Assembly (NCBI GenBank): GCA_902628365.1 | Contig: CACOMW010000005.1 | Span: forward strand, 3,592-67,591 | Source: an uncultured Marinoscillum sp. | GTDB lineage: Bacteria; Bacteroidota; Bacteroidia; Cytophagales; MED-G16 | DNA: 64,000 nt | Direction of reading: 5' to 3' | Shown here: positions 1 to 11,070 of the stretch, piece by piece | Numbering within the stretch: the stretch's first letter is position 1 | Layout of the letters: every line of letters starts with the position of its first letter | Position numbers and translations under genes: made by a program | Notes under the pieces: generated by a model | What the model was told of the DNA's origin: nothing | Seen by the model: the letters and a program-made list of their open reading frames with translations, nothing else | Database searches by the model: none

Positions 1-542
1 TTTGGATAAGACCTTGTTTGTTTGTAATTATCTTTATTTGCCCAATTGATTATGTGATTGGCAACTAACTCTCCATATTCTAATGATCTATTAAATATAT
101 CATTAGGAATTCCTTTGGATTTTATCTCCTGATATAACTTTATTTGAAAATCCTCCATTTGATCCTCAGAAAAAATCAAATCTTTTCCTACTATTAAGAA
201 AGCATGAATACTTGCTAAAGGAAATGAATACTCTAACATCTGATCAGGTTTTGGTACGTCAGCAAGTTCATTTAATTGACCTGCAAAAGATTTATATTCT
301 AAGTGATTATTTATTAATACTTCATATGCAGCAATGGTTGGGTAAGCATAAATTCTAGAAGCTACCGGTGGTGAAAATATATCATAAACAATAATATCAG
401 ATAGCTTTTTCATCGCTTGATGAAAAAGAACAGGATTATTATAGTAATCTATATTTTCTCGATACCTTTTATCATTTACTGAACAACTTAAATATGAAAA
501 TAAAAAAACTACAATAAAAAAAATGGATCTTATTGTTCTCAT
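1..542 (-). CDS. PAP2 / vanadium-haloperoxidase-like lipoprotein, N-terminal ~180 codons only (gene continues beyond window start)
   Basis: Absent from the ORF track because no stop lies inside the window. My minus-strand translation from ATG 542..540 reads MRTIRSIFFIVVFLFSYLSCSVNDKRYRENIDYYNNPVLFHQAMKKLSDIIVYDIFSPPVASRIYAYPTIAAYEVLINNH... This gives a signal peptide and lipobox Cys, then the PPxASRxxA..IAxYE helix pattern I associate with PAP2-type haloperoxidase-like proteins. The ATG overlaps the TGA (541..539) of the upstream gene (ATGA). Confidence 0.5.
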   Translation of the reverse strand, partial: MRTIRSIFFIVVFLFSYLSCSVNDKRYRENIDYYNNPVLFHQAMKKLSDIIVYDIFSPPVASRIYAYPTIAAYEVLINNHLEYKSFAGQLNELADVPKPDQMLEYSFPLASIHAFLIVGKDLIFSEDQMEDFQIKLYQEIKSKGIPNDIFNRSLEYGELVANHIINWANKDNYKQTRSYP

Positions 543-3500
543 AAACTATTCAACTTGTAAAAATTTAACTTTTTATCATTTACAGCTAGGACAAATTTAG
601 TTTTATTTTTATCCAAGTAAAACATTTTTTTTGTTTCTCCGGTTACATTTAAACCACTTTTTTTTTGATTAACATACTCAAATGTCCCATCACCCTTACC
701 TTTAAGGAGAATACCATGATTTGCATCAAAAGAACCGAAGTATGTTGAAACAAAATTTTTATTTCCGAATATCAATAGATCTATGTTATTGTCAGAATTA
801 TAATCACAGGTTTCTATAACAGATATTGGAGAAGATTGTGCAATAATTGGTAAAGGTTTGGCATCAAATCCATTTCCATTATTAAGAAAAACAAATGATT
901 GAAATTCATTAGCATACAATAATTTTGAATTTTGCAACTGAGATGTTGAAAAAATATTTTTTATTTCTTGACCGGCAAAATTTTTATAGTATAAAAATTT
1001 TCTTTTTAAATAATTTATTTGTTTAGTTATTTCATCTCTTCCTGCCATTGGAAATTCCTTTCCATCTATCGTATAAGTTATTATTTGCTCAAAACTTTCA
1101 TTATTATCAAAGTCATTAATATACATTTTAACTGGAAAATTTATTGAAGGTTTAAATTTTATATTTAGTCCTATATTACCGGCAATTAAATCCATTAAAC
1201 CATCATTATTAATATCTGCTGATTTAATTGAAAACCACCATCCTTTTTTATTAATAACATAATTTTTATCATCCTCCATTAAATTGCCTTGGATATTTCT
1301 GTAAAATTTTATATCAGACCAATCACCACATACAAAAAGGTCCATCCATCCATCTTTGTCTATATCAACCCAGGTTGCATCAGTAACCATACCCTGATTT
1401 TTAAAAGTAATTTTATTATTAATACGAAATTTTCCATTTCCATCATTTTCTAATAAATAGTGTCTTGGAGAAAATCCATATTTACCTGGAATACTTCTGC
1501 CACCAACAAACAAATCTAAATCACCATCATTATCAAAGTCAGATGATCTGACAATTGATCCATTTTGATAAATTTCGGGTAGAGATAAGGTATCCAATTC
1601 ATAAATTCCTTTATCATTTAAAATATATAATCGATCTTTTACACTATTATATCTTAAAGGAAATTCATTTCCTCCACTTACAACATATAAATCTAAATCA
1701 TTATCATTATCTGCATCAAAAAATAAAGCATCTACATCCTCTGATATAGAATCTTTATAGATTTCATGACCTTTAGCCAAATTAAAATTTCCACTTTTAG
1801 ATCCCATAAAAATTCTTGATTTATTAAAGGAAGATGATCCTAAAAATAAATCTTGAAAACCATCTAAGTTGATATCAGCAAGCGCAAGAGCCGGTCCTTC
1901 ATTCGACAGCATGTAAGGCATTAATGGTTCTCTATTAAAATCATTAAAAATATTTTCTTTATGAAAAATTTTTGGATTTATTTTTTCAGAATATTCGTTA
2001 AAAATAGGGGTATTAATTTTTTGTTTTCTTTCAACTTCTACCCCAGCATCTTTCTCAAATAATTTCAATTTTCTATTTCCTTTTATAGAATATAATCTTT
2101 GAATTTTACCAGAAGACCATTGAACAAGCATTGAATCAATAGTATCATAATTGTTTAAACCAAAAATCAAATCCGATGATGTAGAAGATAAAAAACCTTT
2201 ATTAGCATAATTTTCTTTATACAAAATATTGTTATCGTGCCAAATAGTTACTTTTGATCCAATACCATCCTTGTTGAACTTCTCGCCAATAAAATCAAGT
2301 GCAATAAAATTTCTTTCAGGATAAAATGTATTTGATTGATTTGAATATATTTTTGCTTTTGAATTTATATTATTTAATATCAAGTCTAAATCTCCATCAT
2401 TATCCAAATCAGAATAAGTTGCACCATTTGAATATCCTAGATAATCTAGCCCCCAATTCTTACTTTCATCAATAAAATTTAAGTCGCTATTATTTCTAAA
2501 GATATAATTTGATACTTTTCCATCAGGCATTTGATCAATTAACTCCAAATTTGTCAGTTTACTTTTGTTATCTAAATCCCCACTTATTTGATTATTTGAT
2601 ATAAAATTGATGTAATCCATATCATTAGGACGCTTTAATATCCCGTTAGTAATAAAAATATCATTCAAACCATCTAAATCAAAGTCTTCAATAAGTGTTG
2701 ACCAGCTCCAATCAGTTGCGTGAATACCTGACAGTTGAGCAATCTCTGCAAAATTATCATTTCCTAAATTCAATTGTAAAGTATTTCGAGTGAACTGTTT
2801 ATTATACCCAAAATCTAATTTCATCTTATATATCTCATATGAATCTTCGCCTGCTGAACTTTTTAAGACAACTTCATCAGGTGGTAACATATCTAAAACT
2901 AAAATATCTGACAAACCATCATTATTTACATCTCCAATGTCATTTCCCATTGAAAATCTTGAAGTATGTCTAATATAATCTTCTAGGCTTTCAGAAAAAG
3001 TACCATCACAATTGTTAATGTATAAATAATCATTTTCTCTAAAATCATTAGATATATAAATATCATCACATCCATCCTTGTTTATATCAGAAATAGATAC
3101 ACCAAGTCCATATCCAATATTACTACCCAGTATACCTGAACTCTCAGAAACATCAGTAAAAAAAGATTTACCATCAACAATATCATGTCTGAAAAATTTA
3201 TCACCAGATTTTAAATCTCTTTCAAATCTATTTTTCGAATTTCCATATGTTAATTCAGAATGAATAGAATGGTTTAATAGGTACATATCTAAATCTCCAT
3301 CATTGTCATAATCAAAAAAGGCAGAATGAGTAGAAAAACCTTCAAAATCTAAGCCATAATCTTGAGCCACTTCAGTAAAAGTTAGGTTCCTATTATTTAT
3401 ATATAATTGATTTTTACCATTAATACTCTTATACCCGCCTAAACGGTTTTGATAAATATCTAAATATCCATCTCCATTAATATCAATCATAATAATCCCT

Positions 3501-3832
3501 GTTTTCCAACCGCCTGGTGAAGATAAATTTGCTTTTGCAGTAATATCTTCAAAAATAAAATTTCCTTTATTTAAATATAATTTATTCTCTTCTTGATTAG
3601 CAGATAGGTATATGTCATTCAATCCATCATTATTTATATCTCCTACAGCTACTCCGCCACCATTATAAAAATATAAATACTCAATTAGATTAAATTCTTC
3701 AGTTTGATTCAGATTATTTTCAAAAATGATATTACTTATTTTAGGACTGATTTCTTTGAAAAGCGTATCTTTTTTAGAACATGATAGTAATGCAAATAAT
3801 AAAAAAATTGTAAATAAATATTGTTTTTTCAC
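539..3832 (-). CDS. FG-GAP/VCBS-repeat lipoprotein with central UnbV_ASPIC domain (CRTAC1-like), paralogue 1
   Basis: 1097 aa with lipobox LLSC. Many DxNxDGxxD calcium-loop repeats (DINNDGLNDIY, DYDNDGDLDMY, DLDNDGDLDL). Mid-protein ASPIC/UnbV-type block GIGSKVTIW...GFLSSTSSDLIFGL...VQWSSGK. Confidence 0.85.
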   Translation of the reverse strand: MKKQYLFTIFLLFALLSCSKKDTLFKEISPKISNIIFENNLNQTEEFNLIEYLYFYNGGGVAVGDINNDGLNDIYLSANQEENKLYLNKGNFIFEDITAKANLSSPGGWKTGIIMIDINGDGYLDIYQNRLGGYKSINGKNQLYINNRNLTFTEVAQDYGLDFEGFSTHSAFFDYDNDGDLDMYLLNHSIHSELTYGNSKNRFERDLKSGDKFFRHDIVDGKSFFTDVSESSGILGSNIGYGLGVSISDINKDGCDDIYISNDFRENDYLYINNCDGTFSESLEDYIRHTSRFSMGNDIGDVNNDGLSDILVLDMLPPDEVVLKSSAGEDSYEIYKMKLDFGYNKQFTRNTLQLNLGNDNFAEIAQLSGIHATDWSWSTLIEDFDLDGLNDIFITNGILKRPNDMDYINFISNNQISGDLDNKSKLTNLELIDQMPDGKVSNYIFRNNSDLNFIDESKNWGLDYLGYSNGATYSDLDNDGDLDLILNNINSKAKIYSNQSNTFYPERNFIALDFIGEKFNKDGIGSKVTIWHDNNILYKENYANKGFLSSTSSDLIFGLNNYDTIDSMLVQWSSGKIQRLYSIKGNRKLKLFEKDAGVEVERKQKINTPIFNEYSEKINPKIFHKENIFNDFNREPLMPYMLSNEGPALALADINLDGFQDLFLGSSSFNKSRIFMGSKSGNFNLAKGHEIYKDSISEDVDALFFDADNDNDLDLYVVSGGNEFPLRYNSVKDRLYILNDKGIYELDTLSLPEIYQNGSIVRSSDFDNDGDLDLFVGGRSIPGKYGFSPRHYLLENDGNGKFRINNKITFKNQGMVTDATWVDIDKDGWMDLFVCGDWSDIKFYRNIQGNLMEDDKNYVINKKGWWFSIKSADINNDGLMDLIAGNIGLNIKFKPSINFPVKMYINDFDNNESFEQIITYTIDGKEFPMAGRDEITKQINYLKRKFLYYKNFAGQEIKNIFSTSQLQNSKLLYANEFQSFVFLNNGNGFDAKPLPIIAQSSPISVIETCDYNSDNNIDLLIFGNKNFVSTYFGSFDANHGILLKGKGDGTFEYVNQKKSGLNVTGETKKMFYLDKNKTKFVLAVNDKKLNFYKLNSL

Positions 3833-3839
3833 TTATTAT

Positions 3840-6800
3840 TTATTGATTTTTTAACTGATATGTTTGAATTTTTTCATCGTTATTTAATACAAATAAATAA
3901 TTATCAATACTTAAAAATTCCCTAACCTGTCCAACAAAATTTATTCCAGATTCAATTGAATTCATTTTTTTAAATTTACCGTCTTTATCGCCTAATAAGA
4001 TTAGCCCATATTGAGCATCATACTTGCCCATCTCAGGCTTAACCCTATATAAATTACCTCCAATTAAAACATCTTTAAAAGAGTCATTATTATAATCATC
4101 TATCCTTATTGCATTAGTTGTTGAAAATTGCACATCAACTGGAAGAATAGCCTTCTTAAAATTTAAAGAATCATCACTTATATATATTGATGTTTCAAGA
4201 TCAAATACCTTATTTATTTTACTATTATTAATTTTTTCTTGATCAAAAATATCGTTTACAGTTTGATTTTTATAATTTTCATATTTTAGATATTTCTTTT
4301 TTAAAATAGGCATTTGCATAACTAAGTCATGCCGTAAAGAGAGAGGGTAAGATTCATCTCCATTATATTGGAAAATAACTTGTTCAATATCTCCATTATC
4401 ATCAAAATCATTTACATACATTAAAAGTGGTTTTTGATCATCTGCAGTAAACCTTGAGTTTAAACCGTGATTTCCAACAACCAAATCAGGTAAAGAATCT
4501 CCATTAAAATCATCATATTCAATAACATTCCACCAACCATTAGAGTTTTTTAGAGATGAATTTTCTATCTTAAAATATTTTCCATTTATATTTTCAAAAA
4601 TACTAATTGGCATCCAATGACCTACTACAACAAGATCTATATCTTCATCATTATCTATATCAAGCCATTTTGCATCAGTAACCATTCCTAAATTATTTAA
4701 ACTTTCTGCTATTTCATTAGTAACATTAGTAAAATTACCCTTCCCATCATTTTTTAAAATGTAACTACTGGCCGATAATCCATAATTTTGCGGAATTAAC
4801 CTAATTCCAACAAATAAATCATAATCACCATCATTATCGAAATCTGATACCTCTACTACCGATGAGCTTTCGAACTTATCATTTGGGAAAATTTTATCTG
4901 TTTTTGTAAAATCATTATTACCTAAATTAATATATAATCTATCAGCTAAGGCAGTAGAAAATTCTGAAAACTCACTTCCACCACTTGCAACATATAAATC
5001 TAGAAAATCATCATCATTAGCATAAAATAATTTGCAATCTACATCTTCTGAATTTTTATCTTTTTGAAAAACATTCAACTCTATTTTTTTAAACTTTCCT
5101 TTACTCTGCTGGATAAATAATATACCAGGATAACCATATGCTCCACCTATAAACACATCTACTTTACCATCATTATTTATATCACCTTTACATATGCATG
5201 GGCCTTCTGTAGAATTCATATGAAAAAGAAGTCTGTCTTTATCAAAATCCACATAATAATTTTCATTGTGTTTGTAATTAATTGGACCTAAAGAATCAAC
5301 TTCAAGAAATAAACTATTATTTTTTTCTTTTTTATAAAAATATTTTTCCTCTATATCTGTTTCAGAAAAAACTATAGTTTGATCAACATCTAAATTTTTC
5401 GCTATCGTAATTTTATCGGATGGCCAAACGATATGTAATGAGTCTATTTTTTGATTTCTTCCTAGTCCAAATAATAATCTATGATCAACTGTAGACTGAA
5501 AACCTCTGATAGGCATTTGTTCTTTATAAAATTTTTCTCCATTAATATAAATGGTTACTTTGGCTCCAATAGCATAAGGATTATCATCTATACCATCAAG
5601 GATCAGTCTTAAAAAATGATTATCAGGATACACTTGATTAGTATTATTTTTATATAAAAACAGATCCATATTTACATTATTAACAATTAAATCATAATCA
5701 CCATCATTATCTAGATCAGCATAAGCTGAACCATTTGAAAAACTTGGTTGATCTAAACCTAATTTTGATGAAAGATTTTCAAATTTTAAATCACCTTTAT
5801 TAATAAAGCCATAGTTTGAAACTGGCTCAGAAGGAATATAGCTGATGAGCGTTTTATAATCTACCTTATTTGAGGATGTAATTCTTTTTACAACCTCATC
5901 TTGGGTGACATATTGTAAAAAATCTTGATTGGTTAAGTCTCTATAAATTCCATTTGCAACAAATATGTCTTTTAAACCATCATTTTGAAAATCAAACATA
6001 AGAGCTCCCCAACTCCAATCTGTTGCTTCAACTCCTGCTAGTCTTCCTACCTCACTAAATGACTCACCAAAATTATTAAGTTGAAGTGTATTTCTGGTAA
6101 ATTGATGCCAATATCCATTATTAAAACCATATTGATATCTATCCCAACTATCAAATGTTGTAACAGTTTTAACCCTATCATCTGGCTCAGGCAACATATC
6201 CGTAACAAAAATATCAGAATATGCATCATTATTTATATCTGCTAAATCTGCGCCCATAGATGCAGCACTAACACTTCTGATTTGTTTTTCTAATACTTCA
6301 TTAAATCCTCCATTCTTATCATTGATATAAAGGTAATCTCTTTCAAAAAAATCATTAGAAACATAAATATCTAACCATCCATCTTTATCTATGTCTCCAA
6401 CTGTTACACCCAAACCAAAGCCAATAACACTTCCATAAATACCAGCTTCTTCACTTACATCAATAAACTTACCATCAACATTTTTAAAGAGCTTATCTCC
6501 TCCTACAAAATCTCTTTTTGGTCTTTCATTTTTTTTTAAATTAAAGCTTCCAATAGCCTGATAAGAATTATTTAAAAGGTACATATCCAGATCACCATCT
6601 TTATCATAATCAAAAAAAGCTGCATGTGTTGAAAAACCCATATCGTCTAAACCAAATTCCTTAGCCATTTCAGTAAAGGTTTGATCACCATTATTAATAA
6701 ACAATTCATTTTGTTTATTATCCCCTTCAATATCACCTGAATTGCATACATATATATCTAAAAAACCATCTGCATTAACATCAGCAATACTTACTCCTGT

Positions 6801-7136
6801 GCTCCAAGACTTTGTCCCTCCAACACCAGCCTCATCGGTAATATCTTTAAATTTCATATCACCCAAATTAAGATAGAGTTTGTTTGAATTTAAGTTAGAG
6901 GTAAGATAAATATCAAGTAAATTATCATTATTGATATCAATTACGCCTACTCCCCCTCCATTAAAGTAATTTCTATAAGTGAAAATATTAAAATCATCAT
7001 CATAGCTTAAATCATTTGAAAAATAAATTCCTGATTCTCTATTTGATAACTTTGAAAATAACTTGTCTTCTTTTTTATTAATACATGAAATAAAAATTAT
7101 AAAAAAAGTTAAAACAAGAAAAATATTTTTTTTCAT
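3840..7136 (-). CDS. FG-GAP/VCBS-repeat lipoprotein with UnbV_ASPIC domain, paralogue 2
   Basis: Same architecture as paralogue 1 (DINNDNLLDIY, DYDKDGDLDMY, IGAKVTIY...GFQSTVDHRLLFGLG...IVWPSDK), with lipobox FISC. The track starts at TTG 7142, but I prefer ATG 7136..7134 (MKKNIFLVL), which sits 2 nt after the upstream stop. Confidence 0.85.
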   Translation of the reverse strand: MKKNIFLVLTFFIIFISCINKKEDKLFSKLSNRESGIYFSNDLSYDDDFNIFTYRNYFNGGGVGVIDINNDNLLDIYLTSNLNSNKLYLNLGDMKFKDITDEAGVGGTKSWSTGVSIADVNADGFLDIYVCNSGDIEGDNKQNELFINNGDQTFTEMAKEFGLDDMGFSTHAAFFDYDKDGDLDMYLLNNSYQAIGSFNLKKNERPKRDFVGGDKLFKNVDGKFIDVSEEAGIYGSVIGFGLGVTVGDIDKDGWLDIYVSNDFFERDYLYINDKNGGFNEVLEKQIRSVSAASMGADLADINNDAYSDIFVTDMLPEPDDRVKTVTTFDSWDRYQYGFNNGYWHQFTRNTLQLNNFGESFSEVGRLAGVEATDWSWGALMFDFQNDGLKDIFVANGIYRDLTNQDFLQYVTQDEVVKRITSSNKVDYKTLISYIPSEPVSNYGFINKGDLKFENLSSKLGLDQPSFSNGSAYADLDNDGDYDLIVNNVNMDLFLYKNNTNQVYPDNHFLRLILDGIDDNPYAIGAKVTIYINGEKFYKEQMPIRGFQSTVDHRLLFGLGRNQKIDSLHIVWPSDKITIAKNLDVDQTIVFSETDIEEKYFYKKEKNNSLFLEVDSLGPINYKHNENYYVDFDKDRLLFHMNSTEGPCICKGDINNDGKVDVFIGGAYGYPGILFIQQSKGKFKKIELNVFQKDKNSEDVDCKLFYANDDDFLDLYVASGGSEFSEFSTALADRLYINLGNNDFTKTDKIFPNDKFESSSVVEVSDFDNDGDYDLFVGIRLIPQNYGLSASSYILKNDGKGNFTNVTNEIAESLNNLGMVTDAKWLDIDNDEDIDLVVVGHWMPISIFENINGKYFKIENSSLKNSNGWWNVIEYDDFNGDSLPDLVVGNHGLNSRFTADDQKPLLMYVNDFDDNGDIEQVIFQYNGDESYPLSLRHDLVMQMPILKKKYLKYENYKNQTVNDIFDQEKINNSKINKVFDLETSIYISDDSLNFKKAILPVDVQFSTTNAIRIDDYNNDSFKDVLIGGNLYRVKPEMGKYDAQYGLILLGDKDGKFKKMNSIESGINFVGQVREFLSIDNYLFVLNNDEKIQTYQLKNQ

Positions 7137-7138
7137 GA

Positions 7139-7705
7139 TCAAATCTTTTGATTAATAAGTTTAGAAACTGATAAATCAGTAAACCTAACTCTAACATCTC
7201 TATCATCAATAATAGAAATTGTTATTCTTCTATTTCCTTGTACCATTACATATAATTTTTTATCATTTTCACCTTCAACTGCTAAAAAAGAACCTCCATA
7301 CCAAGATTCTAAAAGTTGTTTAATATCATCTAATAAAAAATTAGAAAACCTATCTCGATTCCATGGGGCCCAACCCACATAAGAAAAAGTAGTAAGCATC
7401 ATATAAACTTTATTTTCATGAAATTTAGGATAAAATAACATTTCAGTATCATGCCTAACACCTTCTTTAATCAAATATTTTACAGAAGAATTTGATGGAC
7501 CCTCTTTTACAACTTCCTGTTTATTCAACTCCCAGCATCTATCGTAAAATTCTTTTGATGTCATACCAAAATGTAAATCAAAAAAAATAGAATCATTTCT
7601 TACACCACTATTTAATTCTCTTTTCTCTATATCATAATAAGAATGCTTACATGCATAAAGAGTAAATACAATCAATAATGACAAAAAATAAGAACTAATT
7701 TTCAT
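7139..7705 (-). CDS. small lipoprotein of unknown function wedged between ASPIC paralogues
   Basis: 188 aa with signal peptide and lipobox (TLYAC). No motif I recognise. The start overlaps the upstream ASPIC stop (ATGA at 7705..7702), and its stop lies 2 nt before the next ASPIC ATG. Confidence 0.7.
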   Translation of the reverse strand: MKISSYFLSLLIVFTLYACKHSYYDIEKRELNSGVRNDSIFFDLHFGMTSKEFYDRCWELNKQEVVKEGPSNSSVKYLIKEGVRHDTEMLFYPKFHENKVYMMLTTFSYVGWAPWNRDRFSNFLLDDIKQLLESWYGGSFLAVEGENDKKLYVMVQGNRRITISIIDDRDVRVRFTDLSVSKLINQKI

Positions 7706-10700
7706 TCATTTAATTTTAAAATTTTTAAAGAATCATTATTTAATGCAAAAATAAAATTTTCTTCTTTTTTTCTTTTTATTTTAATAATATCTCTTAATTG
7801 CCCTCTAATAAATATTCCAGATTTCTTATTATCTAAATATTTAAAATTTCCTTTTCCGTCACCCAAATATGTAGATACGTAGCTTGCATCATGGATTCCT
7901 ATTTCGGGTTTTATTCGATATTGATTTCCACCCATGATTATATCTTTATTTCCGTCTAAATTTATATCATCAGAAATTATTGCATATACCGGAGAAAATT
8001 GAGATTGAAAAGGTAAATTGTTTTCAGAAAAATTAATCCCCTTATTATTTATCCATAAAGAAGTATTCAATTTATATGTATATAGCTTAAGGGATGATTT
8101 TAATATATCTTCTTCAAATAAATCAAAAAGCTTTTCATTTTTATAATTTTCAAATTTTAAATATTTCTTTTTTAAGCTAGGTATTTGCATCCACAAATCC
8201 TTCAATTGAACAATTGGATATAGACTTTCATTTCTATACATTCCTAGTATTTGCTCAATATTTCCATTATTATCAAAATCATTGACTAACATCGTAAGCG
8301 GATATTTTTCACTTGCTTTTAGTCTTGAGTTTAAACCATAATTTCCAATTATAATATCATAAAACCCATCATTATTAAAGTCAGAAACTTCAATTACATG
8401 ATTCCACCCATTGGTTCTATCAAATCCATATTCAATAGATTTATCAACCAAACTATCTCCAACATTTATAAAAACTTTTATTGGCATCCATTCCCCAACA
8501 ACGATCAAATCATCATCATTATCATTATCCAAATCAACCCACTTTGAATCAGTAACCATTCCTAAAAACTTAAATGAAGGAGCAATAGAATCTGATTTAT
8601 TTAAAAAAATACCATCTCCATTATTTAAAAATAAAAAACTACTAGATGGTAGTCCATAAACATTAGATTCAAGTCTTCCTCCAACAAATAGATCATAATC
8701 TCCGTCATTATCAAAATCAGAATACGAAACAGTAGAAGTGCTTTGAAAAGGCATCTTTAAAGGAAATATCTGTTCTGATTTTATAAATTCACCTTTTCCA
8801 TCACCAAAATACAATCTATCAAATAAATCAGTAGAAAACTCATTGAATTCATTCCCTCCACTTGTTACATAAATATCATTTATCCCATCATTATTTGCAT
8901 CAAATATTACACAATCGGTATCCTCGGAGTTTTTATAAGGTTCAAATGGTTTTTCTATTTTATCAAACTTACCGTTAGATTTTTGAATATATATAGCCGA
9001 TGTATATCCTTTTGAATTGCCTACAAAAAAATCTTCTAAAGAGTCTAAATTAATATATCCTTTACATAAACAAGGTGTTTCATTTGAACTCATTGTAAAT
9101 AAAAGTCTTTGTCTATCAAAGTCAACAAAATCATTTTCTTTATGAAGAAAGTCAATACCGTGATTATCAGCAAACTCATTAAATAAAACTTTTTTTTCAA
9201 AATGACCTTTTTCTTCAATTTTTTTATTTGAATTTATTTGATTTATATGAATACTTTGGTTGGTATTTACATTAGTCAATAAACTTTCATTTTGATTAGG
9301 CCATATAATTTTAATGGTATCAATACTAGATAAGGTATCCAAACCAAAAAATAACCTATAGTCTACAGAAGATTGAAATCCTCTCATTGGGTTTAACTCT
9401 TGATAATATATTTTGTTGTTATGATATAGTATAACTTTAGATCCAATAGCTTTTGAGTTTTTTCCTTCGCCCTCTAAGGTAAAAGACAAAAAATTATTTT
9501 CTGGATTTAATTTTTCAGAAAGATTTTCGTAAACAAAGGAATTCATATTTACATTATTTAAAACTAAATCAAGATCACCATCATTATCCAAGTCACCATA
9601 CGCTGATCCATTAGAAAAAGTTGGTTCAGAAAAACCGTATGCATTACTTACATCATCAAAGCTAAGACCATCTAAATTTTTAAAAGCAAAATTAGGAATA
9701 GGTTCACTTGGAATCATATCGATTAGCTTAGTTATAACATTTTTTTCTGTTTTAACCATATTAGAAATAATAGATGGGTTAGCCATAAAATTCACATAAT
9801 CCTGATCTAACAAATCTTTATATATTCCATTGGCAACAAAAATATCTTTTAGCCCATCTTTATCCATATCAAATATCAAAGCGCCCCAGCTCCAATCAGT
9901 AGCATCAACTCCTGCGATTCTAGAAATATCAGAAAAAGAGCCATTTCCATTATTTAATTGCAATACATTTCTACTGAATTGATGATAATAACCCTGATCA
10001 AGTGAAAACTGATATTTATCCCAACTATCATAAACTGTTTTAGACATAATTCTATCATGACGAATAGGAAGCATTTCTGTTACAAATATTTCACTATTTC
10101 CATCATTATTAATATCAGACATATCTGCACCCATAGAACCCATAGATAATTCAGTCATATAATCTTCTAAAGACTCCTTAAAGGTTCCATCTTGATTATT
10201 TATATATAAATAATCTTTTTCAAAAAAATCATTGGATACATAAATATCAGGCCAATCATCCATATTCACATCTCCAATTGTAACTCCTAAACCAAAACCT
10301 ATAGCACTAGTAAATATTCCTGATCCCTCGGAAACATCTACAAAAAAATTATTGTCGTTCCTATACAATTTATTACCTCCAGATTTATTTGGAATATTTC
10401 TTTGATCTTTTCTCAGATCAAAACCTATACCTACAGAACGAATAGTGTTATTAAGTAAATAACAATCTAAATCACCATCTTGATCATAGTCAAAAAAAGT
10501 AGCGTGAGTAGAAAGTCCGTTATTATCTAAACCATATTGCTTTGACATTTCAGTAAATGTTAAATCACCATTATTTATAAATAATTCATTATGTCTATTA
10601 TTATTTTCAGATGGCGGCCCAGACTTGCACACATAAATATCTAAATAACCATCATGATTAATGTCAACCATACTAACTCCAGTACTCCAAACATTATCAC

Positions 10701-11013
10701 TAGTTATTCCCGCAGATTCAGAAATATCTTGAAATATAAAATTTCCTTTATTTAAATACAGTTTATTTGAAACTAGATTTCCTGTAAAGAAAATATCAGG
10801 TAATGAATCATTATTTATATCACCAATTCCCACGCCACCACCATTATAAAAATTTCTATATGTATAAGGATTAAGCTCTTCTGTATATGAAAGATTATTT
10901 TTGAAATTTATGCCAGAATGAGAAGATTTAATTTTCTTGAATAAAAAATTATTCTTTTCTTCAGTTATACATGAAGACGTTAAAAATAAAAGAAAAACAA
11001 TAAAAAACCTCAC
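7702..11013 (-). CDS. FG-GAP/VCBS-repeat lipoprotein with UnbV_ASPIC domain, paralogue 3
   Basis: 1103 aa with lipobox TSSC. Repeats DINNDSLPDIF, DYDQDGDLDCY; ASPIC block IGSKVILY...GFQSSVDYRLFFGL...IIWPNQ. The start codon is GTG (plus-strand cac at 11011..11013), preceded directly by an in-frame stop. No in-frame ATG occurs within the signal peptide/lipobox region (MRFFIVFLLFLTSSC), so GTG is the only usable start. Confidence 0.85.
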   Translation of the reverse strand: MRFFIVFLLFLTSSCITEEKNNFLFKKIKSSHSGINFKNNLSYTEELNPYTYRNFYNGGGVGIGDINNDSLPDIFFTGNLVSNKLYLNKGNFIFQDISESAGITSDNVWSTGVSMVDINHDGYLDIYVCKSGPPSENNNRHNELFINNGDLTFTEMSKQYGLDNNGLSTHATFFDYDQDGDLDCYLLNNTIRSVGIGFDLRKDQRNIPNKSGGNKLYRNDNNFFVDVSEGSGIFTSAIGFGLGVTIGDVNMDDWPDIYVSNDFFEKDYLYINNQDGTFKESLEDYMTELSMGSMGADMSDINNDGNSEIFVTEMLPIRHDRIMSKTVYDSWDKYQFSLDQGYYHQFSRNVLQLNNGNGSFSDISRIAGVDATDWSWGALIFDMDKDGLKDIFVANGIYKDLLDQDYVNFMANPSIISNMVKTEKNVITKLIDMIPSEPIPNFAFKNLDGLSFDDVSNAYGFSEPTFSNGSAYGDLDNDGDLDLVLNNVNMNSFVYENLSEKLNPENNFLSFTLEGEGKNSKAIGSKVILYHNNKIYYQELNPMRGFQSSVDYRLFFGLDTLSSIDTIKIIWPNQNESLLTNVNTNQSIHINQINSNKKIEEKGHFEKKVLFNEFADNHGIDFLHKENDFVDFDRQRLLFTMSSNETPCLCKGYINLDSLEDFFVGNSKGYTSAIYIQKSNGKFDKIEKPFEPYKNSEDTDCVIFDANNDGINDIYVTSGGNEFNEFSTDLFDRLYFGDGKGEFIKSEQIFPLKMPFQSTSTVSYSDFDNDGDYDLFVGGRLESNVYGLPSSSFLFLNNGDGIFLNKSDSIAPSFKFLGMVTDSKWVDLDNDNDDDLIVVGEWMPIKVFINVGDSLVDKSIEYGFDRTNGWNHVIEVSDFNNDGFYDIIIGNYGLNSRLKASEKYPLTMLVNDFDNNGNIEQILGMYRNESLYPIVQLKDLWMQIPSLKKKYLKFENYKNEKLFDLFEEDILKSSLKLYTYKLNTSLWINNKGINFSENNLPFQSQFSPVYAIISDDINLDGNKDIIMGGNQYRIKPEIGIHDASYVSTYLGDGKGNFKYLDNKKSGIFIRGQLRDIIKIKRKKEENFIFALNNDSLKILKLNE

Positions 11014-11035
11014 TTATAAAAATTACTGTAAATAT

Positions 11036-11070
11036 AAAAAAAAAGCAAGCGGTAAAAATACCGCTTGCTT
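11036..11070 (-). terminator. rho-independent terminator downstream of susD
   Basis: Stem 11043-11052 pairs with 11061-70 (core GCAAGCGG/CCGCTTGC), 8-nt loop, then a run of 9 U on the minus-strand transcript (plus-strand A run 11036-11044). Confidence 0.7.

Noticed and set aside
3840-7142. TTG start at 7142 for ASPIC paralogue 2, as given by the track (MIMKKN...).
   Set aside because: ATG 7136..7134 gives the canonical MKKNIFLVL signal peptide and avoids overlapping the upstream stop. I kept this as the preferred start, and the TTG remains possible.
1555-10000. Short antisense ORFs inside the ASPIC genes (1555-1749, 2790-2978, 3078-3263, 6047-6229, 8411-8659).
   Set aside because: They lie fully inside long, motif-rich genes on the other strand. 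Their products are low-complexity and they lack start contexts. They are typical shadow ORFs.
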